Origin: Guillardia theta CCMP2712
Taxonomy: Eukaryota; Protista; Cryptophyta
Assembly: GCF_000315625.1 (NCBI RefSeq)
Contig: NW_005434629.1
Coordinates: forward strand, 89,726-153,725
Direction of reading: 5' to 3'
Length of the DNA stretch: 64,000 nt
Below the pieces are notes generated by a model, which saw only the letters and a program-made list of their open reading frames with translations, was not told the origin of the DNA and ran no database searches. Positions 12,020 to 24,839 of this stretch are shown here, piece by piece. Position 1 is the first letter of the stretch. Each line of letters starts with the position of its first letter. The translations under genes were made by a program, and so were the position numbers.

Positions 12020-13500
12020 CTTGATCACCGTGACGGCCGTGTACTACGGTAGTCACTTCACTAGCCAGTGACCCGGCGGAATGATTTTCCCATTCACCAC
12101 CTCGAGTCAGTTTGAAAACCGTATGATAGGACGAAAACTTGACCCGGCAACGCGGCGGTGCCAGTGACGGGCCTGGTGCCAGCCGGCAACTTTAGTTCAG
12201 AGTCTCAGGGGGCCGGGCCCCCGAAGGCCCGGGCCCCGGGCGCCGGGCGGGCACTGTATGATCCAACAGCCAGTGTGACCGTCGTCCCGACTCAATGGCA
12301 AAACTTGCCACCGTATACGGTCGGTGGCACCCGTCAGCGGCAACCGTATGGCGCATCCGAGTCCGACTCAGTCCCGTCTCGGCGATGCGGGCCGGGCCCG
12401 GCTCACTGAATGGCACCGTGCCACGCCGGTGGCCCCGCCGGGCCCCGGGGGCGAGTCCGGTCACGGCCGGGCGGCTCCTCAGCCTCACCGAGTCAACCGT
12501 TGCCACCGTGACCGGCGTCCCTCGGGCCTGCAGTCCCGGCGAGTCCGTCACTGTCGGAGTGCCGCCCGCCGCGCCGGCGGCCCGCCGCCGGGCGGCCCGG
12601 CCGGCGTGCCCAGGCTGACGGGAGTCAGTGAGGCTCAGCCTGACGGTGAGGTGTGATCCGGGGCGTCACGCCCTCGGAGTCGACGGACTCGGCCGGGAGG
12701 CGAGCGGCCTTCGCCGGCGGGGGCGGTACCGTCACGGCCGTTGACTGCATATTGGATTTTTACTAAAGCCTGTGACATAGGCTTTGAGTCCGTTCAGTAA
12801 AGGCTCACGGTGATAAAAAGATAAAACTTGAATGGTCGCCGCGCGTCACTGTGACGGCCGCGTCCGACCGTCCGACGTCACGGGTCGAGTCCGGGCCAGC
12901 GATCAGAGTCGGTCAGGCTGCCCGGCAGGAACCTCCGACTCGCCTCGGAGGCTCCCGGCTACCAGCCCGGGCTACTCAGTAGGCTACTCACTGATGAGTG
13001 GCAGGCCCTCGGCCGAGCCCGCCGGGGCCCGCCGGGCCGGGCCTGATTGCCGTACCCGTGCCGTACCCGGACGGCACCCGGTGACCGTACTACGCCGCCG
13101 GGGCGGTTCCACGGTCACTGGCCAACTCAACTTGAAGTTCAATAAAGCTTCTCGCCGAAGTTCAACGGTTTGTTTACTTCTACCTTCAAGTTTTACTCAA
13201 AGTTGAGTTCAATCAAAAAGCCGAGCTCCGACGGCGACTCAGGACTACCCCGGCGAATCCCAGACATCCGCTTCGAGCAGGGTGGGGTGGTAGAAGTAAA
13301 CAGTCGAACGGTCCGAGTCAGCGCGGCCAGGGCTTGCCCAAAGTTACCACTGCGATCAGTGTGGGGTGGGTCCTACGGAGGATGCGGAGGGGGGTCCCTG
13401 TCACTTCCCGGCGGGCACCGACGGTCCCCCCACGGTGGCCAAAATCAGTACCGCTCCGTCCGAGCCGCATCACCCGTCCGTCACAGCAGCTGACTACCTA
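12020..13500. other. Large GC-rich non-coding island
   Basis: Dense GTCAC/GTGAC, GAGTC/GACTC, CCGGG and GGCC words; overlapping ORFs are low-complexity R/P/G/A with no domain. Confidence 0.75.
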
Positions 13501-14666
13501 CCACTGAATCTGAGAACGGTGAACGGTACTACCCACCCCCCTTGGGACTTCCGAAGGTCTGAGTCGTTGGACATGTCGGAACTTGACCCGGAGGTGAAGT
13601 GGTCATATGGAAGTCCTATCAGACTACGAATTTGGGGCAGTAGCATCATAGGAGCAACTCAGTGAGACCAAGAAAAGTACCTTATGGGGTGCTAGGAACA
13701 GGTCCTATGAAAAATATGTCCTAACACCACAACAGACTCAGACCCCCGTTTGAAAGGCACGACTCGGCTGCAGTATGACGGGTCATCACGGGTCCTAGGG
13801 GGTGTGTGTGTGCGTCCTACGTAGTACGGTGGGTGTCCCTGTTTTGTAAACTTGATACCAAGCAGACCCCTAGAATGATGTGGTTCATGAATATCTGGGG
13901 TCCATTCTGTGGCTGTCATACCGGTGATTTTACACACAAGAACACCGGTGGTCTTGCTGCAAACGAAAATGTAAAGAAGATATTGTGGCGTAGGGGGTAG
14001 GTAGTAACTTGTCGAGCACAGGAAAAAGAAAAGATGCTCGAACGGGAGCGAAAGAGTAGGGTAGGGTAGTTTCGGTAACTTAGTGGTACCTTCAGGAGGG
14101 GTGGTACCGCACCCGAAAGGCAACTTCGATGGGGGTCAATCAAGGTCAAAGTTGATTTCTGTTCGCAGGGAGGTGGGGTACGAGAGTGAGGAGTCGAAGT
14201 GCTGACCAAGGGTGGGTACCATAAGGAAAGGAGGGTAGGGTGTCACACGGAATATAAAGGACGGGCCTCAATTGGTATAATGGGTGGGGTACAAAGTATA
14301 GCGGTAGGTGGGGTACAAGCAGCACTGGACATGTGGTGGGGTACTACCAATGACCTCACTGAGATGGGTGGGGTGGGTCGGCAGGGTTGGATCCAGATAT
14401 CAACTTGCATTCCGCGTTGTCCTGTGCGGTGACGTCGGATCCCTCTGCTGCCCTCTGCTACCCTCTGCTACCCTCTGCTGCCCTCTGCTACCCTCTGCGC
14501 TTGCTCCTCCTCGGCTCTGTTCCTCCAGACGTCCTTCCTCCTTCCTCCCTCCTATCTTGTTTCAACACTCGATTCTTCTCCAGTCACACTGCATCAAGCT
14601 CGCTGTGATCTTCAAGTTTGAGACACCACGAATTGAGGTCAGAGAATTACCTGAACCACAAATCCA

Positions 14667-15479
14667 ATGGAAAGCTTGCTCTTGAATCAACAGATCAGTC
14701 TAGGGGAAAATGGGCTATTTGCAGGAAATCGCCTGCCTCTGCTGCAGGCATTTGAACCCCTTCAACCGAAACTCGCTCCTCTCCGTCAGCCCAGCTTCCT
14801 CTTGGATTCTGCTGCCCCCTCCATCCCTCCTCCCTCCCAGGTGATACAACTTGGCCTGACCCTCGAGGACCTTATGTACATGGCCCTCAACCCTCTTCCC
14901 GACCGTCAGCTCTCCATCCCCCAGCCGCTGCCGTGCTCGCCACCCAGCCCCCTCATGGCCGTAGCGAAGCCCGAGGCCGTGAGGCCGCAGGCGTCCGAGG
15001 AGTGTGCGGACATGGTGGAGGAAGCCGACGAGGAGGAGGAGGAGGGCGACGGGGAGACGCTGGACAAGCGGGCAAGGCACAGCATCGCATGCAAGTCAAA
15101 GTCTAAGCTAACGCTAGCGGAGAAGCTGGAGATGATCCGTCTAAGAGACGAGTTACAAGTGTCGCAGGCTTACCTGGCGTATCGTTTCGGCAAGAGCCGG
15201 TCTGCCGTGTCCAAGATTCTGAGGGTGGAGAATATTGCGAAGCTCAAGGCGCTAGCAGGGGCAGGCGTACACCGCAGCATAAGGCGATGCTCGTCCAACC
15301 ATGACTCGGTGCTGGAGCAGCGGGTGCACGAGTTTGTGGAGAACAATTTGCACATCGAGAAGCGTCGCGTAATGATCCGAGATTATGCTCAAACGGTAGC
15401 GACTCAGATGGGGCTATCGAACTTCAAGGCGACGCGGAGCTGGATCGGGCGCTTCATGAAGCGTCATGGATTCAAGTGA
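14667..15479 (+). CDS. CENP-B/Tigger-type double-HTH DNA-binding protein lacking a DDE domain (intronless)
   Basis: LTLAEKLEMI..SQAYLAYRFGKSRSAVSKIL (CENP-B N-terminal HTH) and LEQRVHEF..IRDYAQTVA..FKATRSWIGRFMKRHG (HTH_Tnp_Tc5); stop follows immediately. Confidence 0.85.
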   Translation: MESLLLNQQISLGENGLFAGNRLPLLQAFEPLQPKLAPLRQPSFLLDSAAPSIPPPSQVIQLGLTLEDLMYMALNPLPDRQLSIPQPLPCSPPSPLMAVAKPEAVRPQASEECADMVEEADEEEEEGDGETLDKRARHSIACKSKSKLTLAEKLEMIRLRDELQVSQAYLAYRFGKSRSAVSKILRVENIAKLKALAGAGVHRSIRRCSSNHDSVLEQRVHEFVENNLHIEKRRVMIRDYAQTVATQMGLSNFKATRSWIGRFMKRHGFK

Positions 15480-16357
15480 AGACAGCTTGTATGCTGCATT
15501 CACGACCTTTGTTTCTTGTTGGTTTGATAACGCGCTGAGAATGATTTGAATGAGTAGAAGTTTTTTTGATTGAACATGATTGTAATTTTAGTGAGCCTCG
15601 ACTTCTAATCTTTGAACTGAATTGCTTCCTTTCTTCGATTGCCTTGCGACGCTTACAATTTGGAAGACACTTCAATTTATCAGCAGACAATCCTTAGCAG
15701 TTCTCAAATTCCTCCTAGGTTTGGTGTGAATTTCCGAACACGTCCCTTTCCTGTCATCCCCGGAGGCTTCATTTGTTGCCTTGCCATTCGACAGATCCGA
15801 GACCGGAGGAGCTGCAGGTGTTGCAGACCTCTCGATGAAAGTGGCTCAACTTTCGAGGTGAAGACTGCATCAGTCGAAGACAACACTACGAACATTGAAG
15901 TCGTACTTATCTCGAATCGATTGTTCAGACGCTCTCATGTGTTGTGAATCTCGTTAACATTTTATGAGTTCCCTTTAGCTTCTTTCACAAAATTCACAGT
16001 CTACATCTCAGCACTAACTGCGCGGCAGAGAAGATGATGCCTTGATCTCGCCAGTGAGTTCCGCCCACCGCTTGCACAGCGACACAGAGAGTCGACAGCC
16101 CACAAGACAACCAAAGTTCGTAAGGTCTTGCAGGACGTCGGCGCTCTCGCATACTTTTTTCTCTCGTCTGCCACTCAAAACTTCCAAGACAAGAGAACGC
16201 GCCTCATCGATGCAAGCTGATTCGATTTCACAATCGAAGCTCACAGGATGAAGGAAGAAAAATGCCACAGGTACAAACATTGCTCATGAAACATTTGCAC
16301 GAACATGCCACTCCAACTCGTACGGCCCCAAGTTGTGGCGGTAAAATTGAACACATT

Positions 16358-17264
16358 CTACTGTTTTGATGCCTGCTCGAAGTCTTCAACAAGCTCGGGA
16401 ACCTGCTACCTGTCAGAATCTCCGACAAATCCCTTCCAAACATTTACATCGTCGTCGTCCTTCGCGTCTCCGCTGCCTCCTGCGGCCTGTCCCGGGCCAG
16501 TGAACTGCTCAGCAATCTTCTTCAAGTTCTCCAGGTTGTCAGGTCCAAGCTGGTTGATGATGCCGGGAAGAAGATCCTGGAGCTTCTTGTTCTCGGCAGT
16601 GCCGCTGATGACGTAAGTGTTGGCACCGATGGAAGCTTGGACTTGCTGCCGACCCATGGTGAGTGCTACAAATTAAACTAGGAGGAACAGGAGCCAGGAG
16701 GAAGAGGAGGAGAGATTTTGGCTATCATAGGTTAGAAACCTCTCAGCATATCAAGGCCTCCCGTAGTGTTAGCCAGGAGTGTTGGGGAACATAAGGAAGG
16801 TTCAGGATGCATTTATCTACATTCTGCCTGCTGGAAGTGTCCCCGGGGAAGAGAAACACACGGGGAGGAGGGGGAGAGGATCTTACCTTGGGGTTCTTGA
16901 AATGGATGACTGATCCGTTGTCACGGAACAGATTGACCTGTGCGAGGTTGAGCAATCGACCCGTCGTTGCACATTAGTGCTTCACCTCCTCGATCCCTGG
17001 GATGTTGTTCACGCCGAGTCGTTTCAAGGTGTTTTGAAGGCGCTTGTCGTCTGCCAGCAAACGAATGAGACTTTCTGGTGCTCGCAATGAGTTTGCAACG
17101 AGCCTACCTGTGGTGGCTGACTTGTGGACTGCCTTTTTCTTTCTACGAACTGAGCCCTTGCCACCGGTTCGGACCTTGACGCCAGTGTCAATCTCTGTTC
17201 AATCCAAGAGTGATTCACTTACAGAGGCTTTGAGCTTCTCTAACTTGTCTTGATCCACTGGCAT
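16358..17264 (-). CDS. BTF3: Nascent polypeptide-associated complex subunit beta
   Basis: Exons give [89 protein letters not shown] and PELVEDFE. Confidence 0.95.
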
Positions 17265-18117
17265 ATCTCTGTCTTCACCAATCGTCAGAAGATCGCAAGT
17301 GCTTCACATTTCGATTGACAAATCACAACACCAAGCTTTCGGCTCTTGCCGAAAAGCAGTGCACCAAAACTTCCTCTCGATTCGCAGTACTCTTAGTATT
17401 TCTTTCCCCTTAGCATATGCCATGCATGCTGTGAAGCGAAAGTTTGGTATCTCTCCTCTCACCGGGCTGAGGCTGTTTCGACTCTTCCCGCTTCAAATGC
17501 TGATTTTCTTTCCTAGCCCAAATATAACAAGCCGCCTTTCTATGCTTCCTGCATTCACTCCTTCTGCTCTCCCTCCCTCCTCCTTCCTCCCTCTTGTCTG
17601 CTCCACGTCTTCTGCTCTCCTTCCCCATAATCGCAGGCGGCGCGTGCAGCTTGATTGAGTAAAAAAAAGGCGGGAGATCGGGGGTGGTCAGTTGGGGGTG
17701 GGGACTAATGAGCAGGTATGGTAGGTGGTGAAGTTTCCACGGGGTAGGGTCCACAATCCTTTGCAACAAGTTTCGGTTATCTACCAAACTGTCTGTTTTT
17801 ATTTTATATCAATCAGTAAAATTAGCAGTAATATGCTCAGTATTTTGGACAATTCCAGTCCTCGATCTGATGTGAAGGATCATGGGGGGTGATATCAAAT
17901 GGGAGTGTGGATCAGGGGGGTGGTATGCGATGGGGGTGGTCATGTTGCACGACAAAAATCTTCGTTCGATCAAACGTTGAAACTTCAGAACTTTGGAAGT
18001 TTGATGATACAGAACTTTTACTCCAAGTTTCAAACTGCATCTGCACAAACTTTGGGGGGCCAGAGCGGGGATGTGATGCCCTGGCTATTTCCGGGAGGAT
18101 TTTAGTGCACCGCCGAA

Positions 18118-18690
18118 ATGTTCGAGCTGTTGAAGCAAGAGATGCTTATGGACGACCGCATGGCGGGTATGAGCAACGTGAGCGAAGGCTTCTGGATGGG
18201 CAAGAACAAGATCAGAACCCCGGGCAGGTGAGATCCTCTCCTTTTCACATCTCTTGCCCTGTTGCGTTGTCGGGGGATGGCGGGAGCTGAAAAAGTGTTT
18301 GCAGGTCCGGAGGTTGCAAGTATTACTGTGACAGGCAAAACTTGTCGAACGTGAGTGTCTTGTGTTTTGCTCCTCCCTCTTTGTTTCGAAGATCTGCCAG
18401 TTCTCATGGGTGTTCTTGATGTCCTTGTTGTGATCATTTGCCATCCCTGATGGAGGGATAGAGTGATGTTCGGGCGTCGTTGCGAAACCCTCTCCTCTGC
18501 TCTGTTCGATGCATCATCTCCTGACTTGCTGCGACTGACTTGCTGATCTCCAGGGGTTCATGTCGACTGAGGGCTCCTTCAGCCGTGCCGGGCACCCCCA
18601 CTGGTGATGTTTGCGAACTGTTGCTCCATGGAGGCTGACAGCAACTGTGCAGGGACGGGCGCGGATCGCACTACGACATCATGCACTAGG
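18118..18690 (+). CDS. Small multi-exon hypothetical protein
   Basis: ATG 18118 (MFELLKQEMLMDDRMAG..) with GT-AG-bounded short exons; divergent from BTF3. Confidence 0.35.
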
Positions 18691-18939
18691 ATGTTTCAGC
18701 TACAGATATCTGTCATGTCTAGTAAGAGTGTAACTTTTGGTGTCCGCCCTTGCACGGGTGGCAAGTTTTCTTTACCCTTCCACAAAGAAATAGAAATTCA
18801 GTGTAACTCAGTCATCTGTGTCCTCCTCCTCCTCCTCCTCCTCCTCCTTTTCCTTCTTCTTCATCTCCTTCTTCCTACTTTCACTCTCTTCTGCGAGACG
18901 AGGCTTAGTCTAATGCAAGCAAGGAGCAACTTGGAAACC

Positions 18940-20240
18940 TGAGGAGTCGCTGGGCTCCGGTACCCGTTTGCCGGCTGATTTCACGCGGGTCAGAGAACGC
19001 ACGAGCAAGGCGCTCACTCACCCTCCATGGAGTCTTCAGCTTGCATCATCGTCTTTCCCATGAACTCTTGCGACGAGTGTCCGGAGTCCGAGTGAGAGGA
19101 GAACTTGTTCTCCTCCATGATCCTCCTCATCTCCGAGGACTCGAAGGACGAAGAGTTGCCTCCTCCTCACTCCTGTCAACCTTTCCCCCTCCCGTTCGCA
19201 TGCTAACACACCTCGGATCTCGGCGCTGTCGATCATGTCCAGATTCAGCTGGCTGTCAGGTTCAACCTCTTCCACGTTCAGCATGTCCTTGAGATTGTTC
19301 GCCATTCCTTCGCTGCTCCTGCACTGTCACATCGAGCGAGAAAGCCCTCAAGGTTCACCCTGAGCTCCTTCCTCCTCCGTCTCTGCCATCTGATGTCTTC
19401 TCCCTCTTCTTCTTTGCCCTTGCTCGAGTCAGTTGGTTGCGAGTGAGATGAGTGAAATACTTGTTAGACAGTTCCTCCTGCTCCTCGTCCTCCTCGTCGT
19501 CCTCGTCCTCGTCCTCCTCCTCCTGTCCTGATCGAGAGGTCAGTGGAGGAGAAGCAAGACGAGGAGGAGGAACGGGAAGTTCACACCTGAGCGGCTTGTA
19601 TCTCCTTCGTCATCCTCGTCCTGCTCTTCGCTGCTATCGCTCTCGTCTGCTTCGACCCGCCTCCCCTTAGCTCCCCTCCCACTGCATGCAGCATGTCAGC
19701 GATGCGGCCACTAGACCGCGTTTGATCGCTGCTCTCCCTACATGGATCGGTTGGGAGCCCGGGGCCCCGATCCCTTTCTGAGTGCATTCCTCGCATGCTC
19801 CTTCATCTTGCTCGTCTCCGCCTTCTGATTGCAAGCATCGACCAGTCAGAGTGTCCCTCGCATAGGGAGAAAAGAGACGAACACACAGCACTCACCCCCT
19901 GTCTCTTCGATCGGTCTTCGCGCAGCTTTGCTTTCTGCTTCCCTCCTCCCTCTCCTCCTCCTGCACCTCCAGTGCTTCAGTGCGCTCAAAAGCTGCATCC
20001 TTATCTCACCTCGCAGACTGACGAGCATGGGAGGATTAAGTTGGACTTGCTCCGTCCTCTCGATCCAGTTGACTTTCCTCTCAGCAGCACAAAGATCAAC
20101 TTCTGCTCGCACAGCACAATAAGTTCAACGCTCCTACCATGCTCTCTTCCTCTCCCACCTGTACCGAGGCCGTTCGCCTTCCCTCCCATGAAGAAGGAAG
20201 ATTCGAGGAGGAGCAGGGCGAGGAGGGAGGTTGTCGGCAT
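18940..20240 (-). CDS. Multi-exon hypothetical protein, possible N-terminal signal peptide
   Basis: MPTTSLLALLLLESSF start and exon-like segments (MANNLKDMLNVEEVEPD.., LFVLRVLGDEEDH..). Confidence 0.35.
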
Positions 20241-21409
20241 CCTCCGAAACCACTGGATCCTAAGTAAACCCAAGAAGATCAACGTGCGAGGAAGGGATGC
20301 GAAGGGGACGAGCAGCGTGTGCGCTACTTGAGCGATTGAGCACGGATCTCCACAACTCCTAATGTTGTGCAGTCAGCAATCAGGACGAGAAAGAATAAGA
20401 CACGTGTCAAGAAATCCTAGCTTCCTCTCCTCATTTTTGACAGTATCATCTTTCCCCATCCCCTCTGCCGTTCCCTCCTGCCCTGGCCCCCTCCCTCCCT
20501 CCCCCCCTCTTCCCTCTCTCCCTCCCTCCAGTCTCACTATACCCTCGCTCTCCCTTGTCCTTCCTTCCCTCGCTCTCCCTCCCTCCCCCGCTCATCATAG
20601 CAGCATGGGAAGCCCTGGTATCCATCAGGTGTTGGTGCTGGCATGGGCGGTGCTAGGTGGAGAAGCGAGTGGAGGTATGGAGGATGGCGATGGAGCCCGA
20701 GGGACGGAAAAGGGGCAAAGGTGGGGGGAGGGAGGGGCGAGGGGGAGGAGGAGGGGAGGGGAAGAAGGAGGAAGGAGGAAGAAGTGGGTGCTGTAGGAAG
20801 TTGTGATGGTGGGGCCCGCCGGGGTGGGCGGAGCGGGGGGAGGGGGGAGGGAAGAGGGGGGATTGGAGGAGGATGTAATAGGGTTTTTTAGTGAGGCAGG
20901 GGCGTATTGGAGGGAACGGGGGGAAGGGGATGGGGGGAGGGGGGGGGGGGGGAGGGGCGGAGAGAGCAGAGACAGAGCCGAGGAGCACGGGAGGAGAAAA
21001 TATGAGCGAGCAACATCCCGTCTCCTGCTCCTGCTCATCATCATCATCATGTATCTAGAGAAGCAACATCATCATGTCATCTTTATCTCCCTCATCGTTT
21101 ATAGTATCGTTGATACAGCTCTGGGTCATGCTCGAAGCCATGACGCCGCGCGTAAGTGTTGCGAAGACCGTAGTCCAGCCCTGCCATTGCACAATCACTC
21201 TCCTTGTTTACCCCCTCCCCCTTCCTCCTCTTGCATCCTCCTATCCCTCCGTTCTCTTGCCCCCTACTTCGTCCTTCTTTCATCTCCCCTCCCCTCCTCC
21301 TCCTGCCATGAACCCTTGCTCACTCGTCCATCTCCTCCTCACTCATTATGCCCTCCTAGCCTTTCAGACCCGCCTTCCTCCTCCTCTCTGTGCTTGCCTG
21401 ACGTGGCTG

Positions 21410-24200
21410 GAGCAGGAGCCTTGTTGAAGGGTTTGTATCCGAACCGCCGGAGCATCATGAAGAGCGCTCGCTCGCTGACATGACCTCAGACCCTTTACCA
21501 TGAACGGGCAGATACAACACGAGCCCGAGGAGGAGGAGGAGGAGGAGGTGGTGGTGGTGGAGGAGGAGGTGGTGGTGGTGGAGGAGGAGGATCAGCAGCA
21601 CGAGCAGCAAGATCAAGAAACGGGAAGGAGAGGGAAGGGAAGTAGCGAGGGAGAAGGGAGAGAGAGAGGGCGAAGGGGTGGAGGAAGCTGAGGACCTGAA
21701 TCTCTCAGGGTCGTCCTCGAACCAAGCCTTGATCTCCGTCCACCACTGCTGCGTATCATGCACTATCCACCTGGAGAAAGACTGAGCGAGGAAGAGGAGG
21801 AGGAGGAGGAGGAGGAGGAGGTACATCTTAATGCCGAGAGGGTTGGTCTTGTCCTCGTGCTCTGGGCCTTCCTGTCTCAACCGTCAGCCAGTCCTCCTGT
21901 CCTGCATGGAGGCGCGGAGGACCGCGAGGGGCTCGAGCGTGACGATGCCTTTCCTCTGCATCCTCTCCAAGAATCCACGGAAAGCAACGACTTGATTGGC
22001 CTGCGAAGGCGTGAGGTTGCGAGCAGGGAGGTCAAGTCAGTAAAGAGATTGTTGGAGGAGGTAGGGAGGGAAGGAGAAGAGAAAAGGCGTCTATGACGAG
22101 ATGGTAATCTCCTCGCTACTGCAAGCCTTCAACTACATGACTGAGAGGAAGAGAGCTCCATGGCAACCAGTCTTGTGTCTTCCTACAAGGAACCATGCAC
22201 ACACGAAAGTCCAGATCTCGGGAGAGGAGCAGGCGGCATAAGGATCGCGTTCAATGTTTGACACGCCTCTCACCTTGTGCAGGACGTGAGGAGCCTTGCC
22301 CTGGCTACTCTCAGCGATGTGTTGCGCCGCCTCTTTCTGCCACTTGTCCCCTTGCTGCATCCACATACAAAATGTGAGCCAGATGGAAGTGTTTTTGATG
22401 AGAGGGGGGGACGGGGAGAAGGGAGAGGAGGAGGAGGAGGAAGACAAGTAGAGGAGGAGGAGGAAAGGAGTTGCTCAAGGGGGAGATAGCTATGGAGGAA
22501 TGGAAACGAGAGGACGAGGACGACGAGGAGGAGAAGGAGAGGGAGGAGATGGTGGTGGAGGACAAGGACGAGGACGAGGACGAGAAGGAGGAGAGGGTGG
22601 TGGTGGTGGTGGAAGTGGTGGTGGAGGACAGGAGGACGACGAAGAGGCTAGAATGAAGTGTGGAGGAGGACCTTCTCCCTAGCTCTCGCCAACTTCTTGA
22701 TATAACTTTGCTTCCGCTCAACACTTGGGAATCCGCGTCATGGCTCGTGGGCATGTCACAAGGGCATGAAGTCACCTGTCCTTCCCGTCATCGGCCCTTC
22801 TCCTCTTCTTCTCAGGCTGTCAAGACAAGTCACAAGCTTCCTCCTCCTCTTGAGAGAGGGGATTATCCTTACTTTCATGGACATCGAGCTGTTGGGGATA
22901 GGGAAGGGCTGGGCTCCCGGAGCCATCACGATACCTCCCTGCTGCTCACCGTTGGCATTTACAGGCATCAGACACGGGACGAAGTAAGTGGCTTGTCCAG
23001 GAGGAACGCCTACCAGCTCGTGAGAAAAGGGGGGGAGGAGGAAGGAGCGAGGAAAGCTGGGAAGAGCAGAAAAGCCACAGCCGAGGAGAGGTAATCAGAT
23101 GATGTGATGTGGAGGAGGAAAAAGATCGTAAGTAGAGAGGAGGAGGGGGTTTCAGGAGAGGAAGAGGAGGGAGGAGGAACAAGAGCAGATGGGGAGGAGC
23201 ATGTACCAGGGAACTGAGGAGGGTATGCAGCACCACCCTTGCAAGAAGCGAATCAGCGTCCAAAGGAAACAGGAGCAAGTATGAAACCTGGGAGATCACA
23301 GTGCCGAAGCTTGAGTTCACAACTGAGCCATAGGGGACTGTGCTCATCGGGTACTGATTCCATGGTGCTGGGTATGCTGAGGACCAGGGCATCAGATTCT
23401 CCTCGCGCTGGTGAGTGGGAAAATTTGAAGGACGAGGGATAATGATCAGCTATTGGGCGATATGATCCTGCAAGGAAGAGAAAAGGAGAGTTGAGGAGGT
23501 GGACTTGGCGATGGTGGACGAGGAGGGGGAAGAGGAGGAGTGGAGGAGACTGCGAGGAGAAAACTTGAGGACATGAAGGTAAGAGAGATTGTGAGAAAAG
23601 GGAGTGGACGGCGAGCATTAGAGTTCGGATGACCTTGTCCAGCGCGGGTACTGGGCTAAATAGCACGTACACATGTCAGTTGTTGGAGATCAGCTCATTT
23701 CATCTAACCGTCTGAGTTTGTCCGCCTGCTGCGTGAGCAGCTGCTGCATATGAGTAAGAAAGTCGAAACAAGTAGTGATGGGGAGGGGTCGAAAGGGAGG
23801 AGGAGGAGGAGGAGGAGGAGGAGGAGGAGGAGGAGGAGGAGGAGGAGGAGGAGGAGGAGGAGGAGGAGGAGGAGGAGGAAGGAGGAGGAGGAGGAGGAGG
23901 AGGAGGAGGAGGTTTGACAACCAGGAGGAGCGTAGTACACGCCTTGGTCCACCCCAGCATTCGCCTTTTCACACAGTCAATGCACATTTTGAACTTAGAC
24001 TATTCCAAGGGATGAAAAACATCCGCACAGCATGGTGTTTTAAGCTGAAAACAGTGACGATGCATCTTCCCAGATAAGAGACGAGATTTTCGCATCGCAA
24101 GACAATCACAACCATGAACGAACAGCAGCGCAAACATTCCGTCTGTGCGGGGACACACTCACATTTTGAGGGGCCCCATGCGCCCCTTCCTGCATCATCT
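21410..24200 (-). CDS. Multi-exon hypothetical protein; C-terminal part weakly resembles an HSF-type winged helix
   Basis: Exon fragments WIVHDTQQWWTEIKAWFEDDP and ERALFMMLRRFGYKP separated by microsatellite-rich introns. The domain call is tentative. Confidence 0.35.
23796..23911. repeat. (GGA)n microsatellite
   Basis: Direct reading. Confidence 0.95.
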
Positions 24201-24839
24201 GCGCAGGGACATTCTGTTGCAGACTTCGGTCAAGTGGTGACATTGGAGGAGTTCAACAACCTGCGAGGGAGGAGGAGGAACGTTGTTCATCTCCCAGCCG
24301 ATCACCCTCCAACCTGCGAGTTGACATTTACAACGACAACAAAGTGCAGCCAGATTCATCAGGAGACGAAGAGAACTCAAGGTGATCAGATGTTGTATGT
24401 GAGCATGTCATTCAAACATCAAGGGCTGTTGACTGGCATCTGAACCTTCCCGCCTTATAGTGCACTCACTGCCCGTCATTCGAACAAGTAGCAAATTCCT
24501 TGCAACCAACTACAGCTCAGCAACGACGCCTCTTGTTCTGTCATGGCATGCGGCAACAGTGCTGATCGCTCTCACAACTTCCTTCATGTTCGTCTAGCCA
24601 GCATCATGCTGATCGCTCGGATACTCTCCCTGCCATCGACAAGCACTCCGACTACCATCACCCGCGACCATATTCTGTAAAAATCACAATTTAAAACAAT
24701 ATCAAAAGTTTAACATGTATTTTAGTTTGCTCTAAAAATCTGTGATTTGTACGATTTCACAAGGTTTAACAGATGTAACGGGTTGAATTAGATACAATAT
24801 GATTTTTATCTTATAACTTCTAGAATCTCACTTGTTAAA

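Noticed and set aside
12158-13493. R/P/G/A-rich ORFs in GC islands (also 24832-25233 and 42072-42910)
   Set aside because: Open on several frames and both strands because of GC content; no domains or exon structure.
8540-13500. CRN-like gene as cargo of a TIR transposon bounded by the two islands
   Set aside because: No terminal inverted repeats or target-site duplication could be identified; only a short shared word (TGACGGGAGTCASTGAG).
20362-24077. Poly-S/P/L/E/G ORFs
   Set aside because: Translations of intronic GGA/CCT microsatellites.
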